Of a DNA stretch of 64,000 nucleotides, positions 9,580-20,935 are shown one piece after another. The stretch's first letter is position 1. Each line of letters begins with the position of its first letter. The position numbers and the translations under genes were made by a program. The notes under the pieces were generated by a model. It worked only from the letters and a program-made list of their open reading frames with translations, did no database searches and was not told the DNA's origin. The DNA is from Candidatus Poribacteria bacterium (GTDB lineage Bacteria; Poribacteria; WGA-4E; GCA-2687025), in the NCBI GenBank assembly GCA_963665845.2, contig OY762492.1, positions 3,040,001 to 3,104,000 of the forward strand. Reading direction: 5' to 3'.

Positions 9580-10620
9580 ATGAAAAGAGAACTTTTAGAG
9601 CGCATTTTGACGCGCCTTCCGCGCAAGACGATCGCGGTTGTCGGCGATTTTTTTCTGGACAAGTATCTCATCATCGATCCGTCTTTGGATGAACCGTCCA
9701 TCGAAACGGGCTTGACGGCGCATCAGATTGTCTCAAAGCGGCTCTCTCCCGGCGCCGCCGGAACAATAACCGCCAATTTGAGCGCTCTCGGCGTCGGAAC
9801 CGTTCTCGCTGTCGGAATCATCGGACAGGACGGCGAAGGTTATGAGCTAAAACGCGGGCTGAACGGCATCAACGTCTCAACCGAATATCTGGTGGAAACG
9901 CCGAAGCGCATGACGCCGACTTACACAAAGCCGATGCGCCTATCGGAAGACGGATCGGAAACGGAGATGAACCGCCAGGACATCAAAAACCGCGCGCCGA
10001 CGCCGCCCGAACTGGAGGCGAAACTGATTGAGCGGCTGCGGGGAGCCGTTGCGTCCGCCGACGCGGTCATCGTGATGGATCAGGTCTCGGAGCCGAATTG
10101 CGGCGTTGTTACCGACACGGCGCGCGCCGAGATCGCCGCTCTCGCCCGCGCCTATCCTGAAACGATCTTTCTCGGCGACAGCCGAGAACGGGTCGGGCAA
10201 TACCGCGGCGTCTATATCAAGCCGAACCGGCAGGAGGCGGTCCGCGCCGTGTATCCTGACTGGAGCGGCGGAGAGCCTCCGCTTTCAACGGTGAAGGAGT
10301 GCGCGGAGACGCTCGCGCAGCGAACAGGCAAGCCGCTTTTTGTGACGATGGGCGAAGAGGGGGTCTTGACGTACGACGGCATGCGTTTCCGCGTCAGCCC
10401 GGCGATGCGGTTGACGGGTCCGATCGATATTGTCGGCGCGGGCGACAGCGCGTCGTCGGCGATCGCGTCGGCGCTCTGCTGCGGCGCGTTGATGCATGAA
10501 GCGGCGGCGCTCGGCAACATTGCCGCCTCGATCGTCGTTCAGCAGATCGGAACGACCGGAACCGCCTCGCCGACGCAGATACGAAAACGCTGGGCAGAAT
10601 TTGAAGCCGCCGACCGCTAA
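9580..10620 (+). CDS. PfkB-family carbohydrate kinase (HldE/RfaE kinase-domain-like)
   Basis: VVGDFFLDKY, PGAAG, KPN, DIVGAGD. Confidence 0.85.
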   Translation: MKRELLERILTRLPRKTIAVVGDFFLDKYLIIDPSLDEPSIETGLTAHQIVSKRLSPGAAGTITANLSALGVGTVLAVGIIGQDGEGYELKRGLNGINVSTEYLVETPKRMTPTYTKPMRLSEDGSETEMNRQDIKNRAPTPPELEAKLIERLRGAVASADAVIVMDQVSEPNCGVVTDTARAEIAALARAYPETIFLGDSRERVGQYRGVYIKPNRQEAVRAVYPDWSGGEPPLSTVKECAETLAQRTGKPLFVTMGEEGVLTYDGMRFRVSPAMRLTGPIDIVGAGDSASSAIASALCCGALMHEAAALGNIAASIVVQQIGTTGTASPTQIRKRWAEFEAADR

Positions 10621-10657
10621 CCGCGTCCAATTCTCCCCTTGAAAAGGGGCTAAGGGG

Positions 10658-10843
10658 TTTCTGGATTCCGACCTTGAAAAGGGGTGTTTCTGGATTCCCC
10701 CCTTCAAAGAGGGGATTTCTGGATTCCCCCCTTCAAAGAGGGTGTTTCTGGATTCCCCCCTTCAAAGAGGGTGTTTCTGGATTCCCCCCTTCAAAGAGGG
10801 GATTTCTGGATTCCCCCCTTGAAAAGGGGGGTTAGGGGGGTTT
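10658..10843. repeat. 29-bp tandem repeat x6 built from a CCCCCTT..AAGGGG hairpin unit
   Basis: TTTCTGGATTCCCCCCTTCAAAGAGGGGA-like units start at 10658, 10687, 10716, 10745, 10774, 10803; no spacers. Confidence 0.95.
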
Positions 10844-11036
10844 TAGCCGCGCGGACTGCCTTTCCCCGTGAAAACGGGAGTCATTCCCGCGCAAGCGGGA
10901 ATCTTAACTTATCAAAACCTATTTATCGATTTCCACGCTATGCGCCGAGAAAAAATAACAGCGCATTAGTTTGTTTTTGTGTAATCGAATCGCGCCCGTT
11001 CGTCGTTTAATAAGCAAACGGGCGAAGGAGAACGCG

Positions 11037-11276
11037 ATGGATACGCTGCGGAAAGAAACCTGGGAACGGTACGGAATGATGGCGCAGGCGGTGATGGCGG
11101 CGGCATGCCGAGACGCGTTGCCGGGTTCATCCGCCCCGGCGGAGATGCGGGAGGACGCGCGCGCGTTTTTGCATTCTGACGAGGCGCAGATATGGGCAAA
11201 AGGCGCCCGCCTTGACCTAAGGCGCATCCGCGAGCTGATGGCGGAAAAAGAGAGAGAAGCGAACGAACTGAACTGA
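11037..11276 (+). CDS. Small hypothetical protein
   Basis: 79 aa, AAGGAG RBS; AQAV..A..D...A..FL.S pattern recalls small phage-associated proteins (unverified). Confidence 0.55.
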   Translation: MDTLRKETWERYGMMAQAVMAAACRDALPGSSAPAEMREDARAFLHSDEAQIWAKGARLDLRRIRELMAEKEREANELN

Positions 11277-11327
11277 TCTGGAGCGGGAGGCTGTGCCGCG
11301 TACAGCCGCCGGGCGTTTCTTAAAAAC

Positions 11328-11702
11328 CTAACGCCGGCGATCCCGCTCCACCGGCTCCACATCCATCAGCCCCAGCTCAAACTTCGCCTCGTCCGACATC
11401 CGCTCCATCGTCCACGGCGGATCCCAGACCACGTTCACCTCCGCCTCCGTCACGCCCGGCGCCGAGGCGACCTTGTCCTTCACCGCCAGCGGAAGCGACT
11501 GCGCGACGGGGCATGCGGGGCTTGTCAGCGTCATGTTCACCGTCGCCGCGCCCGCCTCGTCCACTTCAATCTCGTAGATGAGACCCATGTCGTAGATGTT
11601 GACAGGTATCTCTGGGTCGTACACCGTCTTGAGCGCCTCAACGATCTCCTCTGCGATCTGCTCGGCGCCGACAAGGTCGGTCAGCTGCGCTTTTTTTCCC
11701 AT
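11328..11702 (-). CDS. sufT: SUF Fe-S assembly protein SufT (DUF59)
   Basis: VYDPEIPVNIYDMGLIY, MTLTSPACP, VWDPPW. Confidence 0.92.
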   Translation of the reverse strand: MGKKAQLTDLVGAEQIAEEIVEALKTVYDPEIPVNIYDMGLIYEIEVDEAGAATVNMTLTSPACPVAQSLPLAVKDKVASAPGVTEAEVNVVWDPPWTMERMSDEAKFELGLMDVEPVERDRRR

Positions 11703-11727
11703 GTCCGTCTCTTTCGTTTATCTCTGG

Positions 11728-12180
11728 TCATTCCGTCGTGACGGTCGCCGTCTCTTGATTGAGCGCCGCTTTGAAGGTGTGCCATGCCAGCGTCGCGCAT
11801 TTGACGCGCATCGGGTAGGCGCGGACGCCCGCAAACACAGCCAGCTTGCCCATCGACTCGACCGCGTCCATCGCGTCCTGCCGCGTCGTTACCAGCTCCT
11901 GAAAACCGGCGAACAGCGCTTCCGCTTCCGCAAGCGTCTTGCCAATCAGCGCCTCGGTCATGAGCGACGCGGAGGCGGTCGAGATGGCGCACCCGGACCC
12001 TTCGAACTGCGCGCCGCGTATGATGTCGCCGTCCAGCGCCACATAAACCCGCACCTTGTCGCCGCAGAGCGGGTTGTGTCCGTCCGCTTCTCCGTCCGCG
12101 TTTTCTAGGGCGCCGTAGTTGCGCGGGTTGCGGTTATGGTCGAGTATCACCTGCTGATACAGCTCGTTTAAATCGGACAT
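11728..12180 (-). CDS. sufU: SUF NifU-family protein SufU
   Basis: LYQQVILDH, NPLCGD, GCAIS, RVKCATLAW. Confidence 0.95.
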   Translation of the reverse strand: MSDLNELYQQVILDHNRNPRNYGALENADGEADGHNPLCGDKVRVYVALDGDIIRGAQFEGSGCAISTASASLMTEALIGKTLAEAEALFAGFQELVTTRQDAMDAVESMGKLAVFAGVRAYPMRVKCATLAWHTFKAALNQETATVTTE

Positions 12181-12193
12181 GCGCGTTTATACC

Positions 12194-13438
12194 CTAACCT
12201 AAGATTTCAGTCACCTTGTTGAGGCTGCGCGCCAGCGCGTCAATATCGTCCGTCGTGTTGTAAAGGCCGATGGAGGCGCGCGCTGTCGCCGGGACGCCGA
12301 GGCGGTCCATCGCCGGCTGCGCGCAGTGATGCCCCGTGCGGATGGCGACCCCGTCGCTGTCCAGTATGGTGCCGATGTCATGCGGATGCGCGCTGTCCAT
12401 CACAAACGAGACGACGCCCGCCTTTTCCGCCGCCGTCCCGACGAGCTGAACCCGCCGGTTGAACGACAGCGTCTCATGGGCGTACTCCAACAGCCGCTTC
12501 TCATGCGCGGCGATGCGCTCCACGCCGATCGACATAACATAATCCAGCGCCGCTTCCAGCGCCGCCGCCCCGGCGATGTTCGGCGTCCCCGCTTCAAACT
12601 TATGCGGCGGGTCGTTGTAGGTCGTCTTTTCAAACGAGACGGAGAGGATCATCTCTCCCCCGCCCTCGTACGGCTCCATCGACTCCAGATGCGCCTGCTT
12701 GCCGTAAAGAATTCCGATGCCGGTCGGTCCGTAGATCTTATGTCCAGAAAAGGCGTAAAAGTCGGCGTTCAGTTCTTGGACATCCACCTGTATATGCTGA
12801 ACCGCCTGCGCCCCGTCCACCATAAAAACGGCGCCGTATTCATGCGCCATCCGCCCGATTTCATGAACAGGGTTCACCGTCCCCAGCGCGTTCGAGACAT
12901 GAACGACGGAGACGATGCGCGTTTTTTCGTTTAAAAGCGGTTCATACTCCTCCATGATCAGCTCGCCGCGGTCGTTCATCGGTATGACGCGCAGGCGCGC
13001 CCCAGTCGCTTGGCATACCAGCTGCCACGGGACGATGTTGGAGTGATGCTCCATCGCGGTAACGACGATTTCGTCGCCCGGTTGGAGGCGCGGGCGCGCG
13101 TAGGCGTTCGCCACAAGGTTGACCGCTTCGGTCGTTCCGCGGACGAAGACGCATTCGCTGGCGCGTTCAGCGTTTAAAAACTGGCGCGCTTTTTCCCGCC
13201 CCGATTCGTACGCTTCCGTCGCGCGCTGGGCGAGAAGATGCACCGCCCGATGAATGTTCGCGTTGGAAGTGGCGTAATAGTTTTGAACTGCGTCCAGAAC
13301 CGCCTGCGGCTTTTGAGTGGTGGCGGCGTTGTCCAGGTAGGCGAGCGGCTTTCCGCGTATGCGCTGTTGAAGCGCCGGAAAATCGCCGCGTATCTTGTCG
13401 ATGTTGTAGCCGGGCGGCGTTGCGGGGGCGGCGCGCAT
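12194..13438 (-). CDS. sufS: Cysteine desulfurase SufS
   Basis: YLDNAATTQKP, EHHSN, FSGHK, RTGHHCA. Confidence 0.96.
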   Translation of the reverse strand: MRAAPATPPGYNIDKIRGDFPALQQRIRGKPLAYLDNAATTQKPQAVLDAVQNYYATSNANIHRAVHLLAQRATEAYESGREKARQFLNAERASECVFVRGTTEAVNLVANAYARPRLQPGDEIVVTAMEHHSNIVPWQLVCQATGARLRVIPMNDRGELIMEEYEPLLNEKTRIVSVVHVSNALGTVNPVHEIGRMAHEYGAVFMVDGAQAVQHIQVDVQELNADFYAFSGHKIYGPTGIGILYGKQAHLESMEPYEGGGEMILSVSFEKTTYNDPPHKFEAGTPNIAGAAALEAALDYVMSIGVERIAAHEKRLLEYAHETLSFNRRVQLVGTAAEKAGVVSFVMDSAHPHDIGTILDSDGVAIRTGHHCAQPAMDRLGVPATARASIGLYNTTDDIDALARSLNKVTEILG

Positions 13439-14730
13439 CAGAACGCCTCCCGCGCCGCGGCGCCTTCAGGCAGCCAGGCAAACAATTCATCTTGAAGCTT
13501 GGAACGCAGCGGTTCAGGTTTCACCTGATCAATCACCTCGCTGGCGAAAGCGTAAATGAGCAAACTGCGCGCCGCCGGTCCGCCGATGCAGCGCGACTGC
13601 AGATAAAACAGCGCCTCCTCGTCCAGCTCCCCGACGGTCGCCCCGTGGCTGCATTTGACCTGGTCGGCGTAGATTTCCAATTGCGGCTTCGTGTTGACGC
13701 GCGCCTTTTTTGTCAGCAGCAGGTTCTCGTTTTGCTGATACGAGTCGGTGTCTTGGGCGTCCTGCTTGACCAGTATGCGCCCATGGAAAACGGCGCGCGA
13801 GGCGTCGTCCAAAACGCCTTTATACACCTCGCGGCTGTTGCAGTTCTCGCGCGCATGAACAAGCGTCGTGAAATGGTCCACATGCTGATTTCCGGTCGCC
13901 AGATAAAACGCATGGAGCGTCGCCGAGGCGCCGGGTCCATCCAAGGTCGCCGTCAGATTGTTTCGAAGAAGCCCTGCGCCGAGCGTGATCGTGTGCGTCG
14001 CAAAGGAGCTGTCGCGCTCTTGGCGCGAGCGGGTTGAGCCGATATGGAACGCCCCTTCCGCTTCCGCCTGCAGTTTGTAATGGTCGACAACCGCGCCGCG
14101 CTGACAGACGATTTCGGTTACAGGGTTGGTGAAATACGGCGCGCCGTTTGAGCCGTCCAAGCAGAGATGCGACTCGATGACGGTCAGCTGGCTGCTTTCT
14201 CCCGCGGCGATGAGCGTCCGCGGGTGGCAAGCGGCGGGTTCGTCCGCCGGCGTTGTGAGATAAACCAGATGCAGGGGCGTTTCAACCGCCTTTCCAGGGG
14301 CGGCGCGTACGACAACGCCTTCGCTTGCGAGCGCCGCGTTCAGCGCGTCGAAGATGTCGCTTTTCGATTCGTCCGCCGATCCAAGCTCCGCGTCCTCATT
14401 CAGCGGCGCCGTTGAGACGCCGTCCGCCTCCTCCGCGTTCGACAGGTTAGGGGCGTAACGCCCGTTCACAAACACGGCGCGCGGAAAGCCGAGGTCCGCG
14501 AATTCAACTGCGTTCAGCTCATCCAGCGAAAGGCGCGCCTCCGGGGCGGGTTCAAACGGGATTTGAAGAAAATTGCGCAGGTTGGTGAACCGCCACTCCT
14601 CCGTCTTCGTCGTTGGGAACTGCATGCCGCGGAAGGCGTCCAGCGCGCTTTTCCTGCGGACAGAGAGGCTTGAACCGTTTTGAACGCCGTTCAAGAAACG
14701 TTGTTTCTGATCAGCCGCCATGGGCATCAT
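13438..14730 (-). CDS. sufD: Fe-S cluster assembly protein SufD
   Basis: EEWRFT, KPQLEIYADQVKCSHGATVG, LFYLQSR. Confidence 0.95.
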   Translation of the reverse strand: MMPMAADQKQRFLNGVQNGSSLSVRRKSALDAFRGMQFPTTKTEEWRFTNLRNFLQIPFEPAPEARLSLDELNAVEFADLGFPRAVFVNGRYAPNLSNAEEADGVSTAPLNEDAELGSADESKSDIFDALNAALASEGVVVRAAPGKAVETPLHLVYLTTPADEPAACHPRTLIAAGESSQLTVIESHLCLDGSNGAPYFTNPVTEIVCQRGAVVDHYKLQAEAEGAFHIGSTRSRQERDSSFATHTITLGAGLLRNNLTATLDGPGASATLHAFYLATGNQHVDHFTTLVHARENCNSREVYKGVLDDASRAVFHGRILVKQDAQDTDSYQQNENLLLTKKARVNTKPQLEIYADQVKCSHGATVGELDEEALFYLQSRCIGGPAARSLLIYAFASEVIDQVKPEPLRSKLQDELFAWLPEGAAAREAF

Positions 14731-15472
14731 CCCGCTCGGTTAGCCAGCTGTACCCTTTTTCTTCCAGCTCTTCCGCCAGCTCCTTGCCGCCGGAGCGGAC
14801 GATCTTGCCGTCGTTCAGCACATGAACATAATCCGGCACAATGTAGTTCAAAAGCCGCTGGTAGTGGGTGATGACGATAAAACCTCTGCCGTTCCCGCGC
14901 AGGCTGTTGATGCCGTCGGCGACCACCTTGAGCGCGTCAATGTCCAGCCCCGAATCGGTCTCGTCCATGATCGCAAGGCGCGGGTCCAACATCGCCATCT
15001 GAAAAATTTCGTTCCGCTTCTTTTCGCCGCCGGAGAAGCCGTCGTTCACAGGGCGGTTCAAAAGAGCCGTGTCGATGTTCAGCGCCTTCGATTTGTCCTT
15101 CACCAGCTGCATGAACTCAAAAGCGTCGATCTCTTGATCGCCGTTGTATTTCCGCTTCGCGTTGATGGCGGCTTTTAAAAAGTAGGTGTTGCTGACGCCG
15201 GGGATGGAGACAGGGTATTGAAACGCCAGAAAAACGCCTTCGCATGCGCGTTCTTCAGGCGCCATCTCCAGCAGGTCTTGCCCAAGATACTGGACGCTGC
15301 CGGCGGTCGCCTCATACTCCTCCTTGCCGGCAAGCACATGCGCGAGAGTGCTTTTGCCCGAACCGTTCGGACCCATGATGGAATGGACCTCGCCGGCGTT
15401 CACCGCGAGCGACAATCCTTTCAGGATCGGCGCCCCGTCCACGCCCGCCCAGAGCTCTTTGATTTCAAGCAT
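14711..15472 (-). CDS. sufC: Fe-S cluster assembly ATPase SufC
   Basis: GPNGSGKST, GFSGGEKKRNE, DETDSGLD. Confidence 0.97.
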   Translation of the reverse strand: MLEIKELWAGVDGAPILKGLSLAVNAGEVHSIMGPNGSGKSTLAHVLAGKEEYEATAGSVQYLGQDLLEMAPEERACEGVFLAFQYPVSIPGVSNTYFLKAAINAKRKYNGDQEIDAFEFMQLVKDKSKALNIDTALLNRPVNDGFSGGEKKRNEIFQMAMLDPRLAIMDETDSGLDIDALKVVADGINSLRGNGRGFIVITHYQRLLNYIVPDYVHVLNDGKIVRSGGKELAEELEEKGYSWLTERDDAHGG

Positions 15473-15496
15473 CGCGGTCTATATCTCCCGTCTGGT

Positions 15497-16948
<1,452 letters not shown>

Positions 16949-16996
16949 GAACAACCCTTTCTGTTTGCCGCTGCGCGCTCTTGCCTGTTGATTCAT

Positions 16997-17025
16997 AGTT
17001 TAACGCGCGCTGGAGCGTTTGTCAA
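16997..17025 (-). promoter_or_regulatory. sigma70-type promoter of suf operon
   Basis: Minus strand TTGACA-N17-TAAACT. Confidence 0.65.
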
Positions 17026-17320
17026 ATCCCTCTGCGCTGAGACAGTACGCTCATGCGATGAACTTCATTTTTTGACCGTAAAGCGTCGGCGCCGCCTGAC
17101 GTCATTCCCGCGTAAGCGGGAATCTTAAGGCATCGCAGCCACTCGCGCCTTAAACCCCCCTAGCCCCCCTTTTCAAGGGGGGAATCGGACGCGGCGGCGC
17201 GAATATCCCCGTATGAGCGCTCTAACTTTCAGCGCGGCATGCCCTAACCTAAACGCGAACGCCGCAATCACAATTGCGCAAACGGCGCGCAGATGCCATC
17301 ATGCAGGGGGAGGTATGCAT

Positions 17321-18763
17321 ATGAGAGCCGCGCATTTAGCCGTTCCGCTGGCGCTGTTGACGATGTTGACCGGCTGTTTCATGTTCCGTTCATGGGAGGT
17401 GGATGAAGCCGCCGTTGAAGATTCTGCGTCCGCCGTTCAGAGCGTCGAGAGGCGTTTGAGAGGCGCCCGCCTGCTGTCCGAGCGTTTTGAGGCGGAGCCT
17501 GACATGTCAAGATGGCCGCCCGAGCGGGTCGAAGCGCATGAAAAGGCGCGGGCGTCCGTAGAGGCGTATGCGGCGGCGGAACAGGAGCTGTTGACCATTG
17601 AAACGGCGCTGCTGTCCGCCCTACAGGACAAGTCGGTGTCGTTTGAAAAGAGAGGCGCGGCGCTTGAAACGGCGCGTCAAGCCGAGATGAACGCCTACAG
17701 CGCCCTCGGAAGCGCCGTCCAAGCGTTGTCGGAATGGACGCCTCCGCCCTTGCCGGCGGGACGGAAAACCGAGTCGGTTGGGCGCGCCGCCTATCTAGAG
17801 GCGTTCGACCGCCTGCGCGCCGCCGAGAGAGAGCTGGAGCAAGGAAGCGGGGCGGAAGAAGCGCTGCGCGCCGCCGTTCAGGAAGCGCGCGAAGCGTTCT
17901 GGACGGTGAAGGATCGGGCGGGCGTTCTCGTTTGGGGATGGGAGCCGCCCGCCGCGTCGGAACCTGCCGATTACATTGGTTCGCCGCTGGAGCGCGCCGA
18001 ACGGGAGATGGAGCGCGCCCTGCGCGAAACGCAGAAATACGCCGTCTACAAATGGGAAAGTCCGCATCGAGACCGGTCGCTGCGCCGGCGCGGTTGGCAT
18101 CATCCCGAACGCAGATGGGACGCCGAGCGGATCGCGCTGCATAAGGCGGTGGCGCAGGCGGCTTTGCGCTGGGGTTTGGCGGCGCGCGGCTGGCGCGATA
18201 CGCTCATCGCGGGAGCGTCCAACAAAGAGGCGGCGGAAGCGGAAGAGCGGACGGACGCCATGCGCAGCCAATGGGACGCGGCGAGGCAGTCGCCCAAGTT
18301 TTTAAGAGCGCGGCTCGGCTGGGAACGGCGCGAGGAGATCCGCTGCGCAAACGAGGTTCTGGAGAACGCCTACAGGTCGGTCGATGCGCATACGATCTCA
18401 ACAAACATGTTGCTCTGGGACGCCGACAAGATGGAGCAGCTGGAGTTGCCGCCTGAAGAAAAGCGGGCGGAGTTTCGCGCCGACATGGAGAAGCTGGCGT
18501 ACTATCTGCACCATCTGTGCGCGGCGAAGGTTTGGCGCTCCACCTTGACCGACATCAACGCCGATGAAGACGCCAAGCGCGTCGCCCAAAGCGAAGCGAC
18601 CCTCTCTAGATTCATGGACGGCCCTTTCGAGGACAAGTTCAGGGGGCATATGGAGTTGTACGGGTTCAAGGACGACCGCGTCAACTGGGATCAACCAATG
18701 GAGCCGCTCATGGCGCCAATTCAACCGAAAAAGGGAGACGCTCCCGCTTCGGCGGGGCGGTAG
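17321..18763 (+). CDS. Hypothetical helical lipoprotein
   Basis: GGAGG RBS; lipobox MLTGC; Ala/Glu/Arg-rich. Confidence 0.65.
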   Translation: MRAAHLAVPLALLTMLTGCFMFRSWEVDEAAVEDSASAVQSVERRLRGARLLSERFEAEPDMSRWPPERVEAHEKARASVEAYAAAEQELLTIETALLSALQDKSVSFEKRGAALETARQAEMNAYSALGSAVQALSEWTPPPLPAGRKTESVGRAAYLEAFDRLRAAERELEQGSGAEEALRAAVQEAREAFWTVKDRAGVLVWGWEPPAASEPADYIGSPLERAEREMERALRETQKYAVYKWESPHRDRSLRRRGWHHPERRWDAERIALHKAVAQAALRWGLAARGWRDTLIAGASNKEAAEAEERTDAMRSQWDAARQSPKFLRARLGWERREEIRCANEVLENAYRSVDAHTISTNMLLWDADKMEQLELPPEEKRAEFRADMEKLAYYLHHLCAAKVWRSTLTDINADEDAKRVAQSEATLSRFMDGPFEDKFRGHMELYGFKDDRVNWDQPMEPLMAPIQPKKGDAPASAGR

Positions 18764-18772
18764 ACAAACTGA

Positions 18773-20935
18773 ATGAAACAACGATTGAAAAGAGCCGCCT
18801 CCTCCGCCTTCGTCCGAGCGTTCTTGATACTTGCGGCGGCGGCTGCGTTGGCGGTGTGGGCGTTCCTTTCCGCCTTTGAACCGTCCATAGGCATGAGGCA
18901 GACGCTTGAGGGGCATACGATGACGGTTTTTGCGGTCGCCTATTCGCCGGACGGAAAGCGTCTCGCCAGCGGCAGTAGGGACAATACGATTCGCATCTGG
19001 GATCTCAAAACGGGCGAGACGCTCGAAACGCTTGAGGGGCATACGGACGCGGTTAGAACGATCGTCTATTCGCCGGACGGAACGCAGCTTGCCAGCGCCG
19101 GCCAGGACGGCGTCATGCGCATCTGGAACCTCGATACAGGGATGTCGATGCAGATGACGGAGGCGAGTAGGAATTTCATCGTTACCGTTGCGTATTCGCC
19201 GGACGGGACGAAAATTGCCGCTCCAGACATCCATACGATTCACACTTGGAATCCTAGGACAGGGGCGCCGCTGCAATCGATCAAAACAGAGACGGACCGA
19301 AGCGCGCCGATGGTCCTTTCCGTTGCCTATTCGCCGGACGGGACGAAACTCGCCAGCGCCGGACATTCGTTGAAGATCTGGGACGCCGAAACAGGCGCGC
19401 TTCTCCGAACGCTTGAAGGGCATCTACTCCACGTTCGCTGCGCCGCCTTTTCGCCGGACGGGACGAAACTCGCCAGCGCCGGCGCGGACAAAACGATTCG
19501 CATTTGGGACGCCGAAACAGGCGCGCTTCTCCGAACGTTCAAAGGCGCTCCAGCCTATGCCATCGCTTTTTCTCCGGACGGAAAGACGCTCGCTCGCGCT
19601 GGCTCTGGTCAGACGATTCGGATCATGGACACTTTTTCTGGTACGATTCTTCAAACCTACACGGGGGATAAAGGGCCCGTTTATTGTATCGCTTACTCGC
19701 CCGACGGGGCGGCGTTTGCCAGCAGCAACTTCCACAATACAATTCAAATTTGGGACGCCCCGCCCGCCCCAAGCGGCGCCTCTGTGAGAATCGACGGAGA
19801 GCAGGAACATGGCGAGGGAGCCTTTGATGTGTCGATCGTCTTCAGCGAGAGCATAAAAGGTTTTGAGCGGTCCGACATTCACGTTGAAAACGGCTCGATA
19901 ACCGCCTTCAGCGGCTCAAAAGATTCCTATACGGCGACCATTCAGCCCTCAGACGTTGACACGGTGCGCGTGCGGGTTCCAGAGAAAACCGCCGGCAACC
20001 ACGGGCGTTCCAACATGTTTGCCTTCTACCCGGCGTTGAGAACGACGCTGACAGATCCGTATTATAACTGGTCAGCCGCCTTTTCGCTGGACGGCTCCAT
20101 GCTTGCCATCGCCAACGCTCGCACCATGATTCAAATTAGAGAGTTAGCGACCGGCGAGACGATCCGAAATTTCGGCGGACAGGGTTTTTCGACAGACGCA
20201 GGCAATCATATCCTTTATTCGCCGGACGGTTCTATGCTCGCCGCCGGCAACCGCGACATACTAATTTGGGACGCCGACACCTTTAAGGATATTCATATTC
20301 TCAAAGAGCCTAAGAGGGAAACCGTCAGATCCGTTGCTATTTCGCCGGACAGTACGATGCTTGCCAACAGCAGCGGCAGCGATGTTCGCATCTGGAATCT
20401 CAAAACGGGCGAGGAGATTCGAACGCTCACAGGTTTTAAGAACGATGTTTTTTCGGTCGCGTTTTCTTCAGACGGAAAAACGGTTGCAAGCGCCAGCAGA
20501 AACGATGTCATTCGGTTCTGGAATGTCGACACAGGCGAAGAGCTGCGGACGATTCAGATGCAGTTCGGCAGGGCTGAAGCGGTCGTCTTTTCGCCGGACG
20601 GTTCCATGCTTGCCGGCGGCGGTCAAGACGATGTCGTCCGCATCTGGAGCGCTGAAACAGGCGAAGAGATCCGAACGCTCACTGGACATACGGATGACGT
20701 TACATGCGCCGCCTTTTCGCCGGACGGCGCCATTCTCGCCAGCGGCAGCGAAGACGGTACCGTCCGCATCTGGAACCCGACGACCGGCGAGACGCTCCAA
20801 ACGCTTGAGGGGCATCTAGGGGAGATTCGGTCAGTCGCGTTTTCATCGGACGGTTCGCAACTGGTTGTCTGCAGCGACGATGTCCTCATTCGCATCTGGG
20901 ATATTGTCTCCGCGCAGTCATGGAGCTCGAAATGA
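18773..20935 (+). CDS. Membrane-anchored WD40 protein, two beta-propellers separated by an Ig-like domain
   Basis: N-terminal hydrophobic helix; ~14 GH..V..VAFSPDG..LAS...D.TIRIWD repeats; central FSE..GF..SDI.V.NG..FSGS..YT Ig-like segment. Confidence 0.92.
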   Translation: MKQRLKRAASSAFVRAFLILAAAAALAVWAFLSAFEPSIGMRQTLEGHTMTVFAVAYSPDGKRLASGSRDNTIRIWDLKTGETLETLEGHTDAVRTIVYSPDGTQLASAGQDGVMRIWNLDTGMSMQMTEASRNFIVTVAYSPDGTKIAAPDIHTIHTWNPRTGAPLQSIKTETDRSAPMVLSVAYSPDGTKLASAGHSLKIWDAETGALLRTLEGHLLHVRCAAFSPDGTKLASAGADKTIRIWDAETGALLRTFKGAPAYAIAFSPDGKTLARAGSGQTIRIMDTFSGTILQTYTGDKGPVYCIAYSPDGAAFASSNFHNTIQIWDAPPAPSGASVRIDGEQEHGEGAFDVSIVFSESIKGFERSDIHVENGSITAFSGSKDSYTATIQPSDVDTVRVRVPEKTAGNHGRSNMFAFYPALRTTLTDPYYNWSAAFSLDGSMLAIANARTMIQIRELATGETIRNFGGQGFSTDAGNHILYSPDGSMLAAGNRDILIWDADTFKDIHILKEPKRETVRSVAISPDSTMLANSSGSDVRIWNLKTGEEIRTLTGFKNDVFSVAFSSDGKTVASASRNDVIRFWNVDTGEELRTIQMQFGRAEAVVFSPDGSMLAGGGQDDVVRIWSAETGEEIRTLTGHTDDVTCAAFSPDGAILASGSEDGTVRIWNPTTGETLQTLEGHLGEIRSVAFSSDGSQLVVCSDDVLIRIWDIVSAQSWSSK

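Noticed and set aside
10658-10843. Possible CRISPR array (29-bp palindromic repeats)
   Set aside because: Units are contiguous with no unique spacers and no cas genes are present
11037-11276. Prophage remnant
   Set aside because: Single small ORF with only a vague resemblance; no other phage genes nearby
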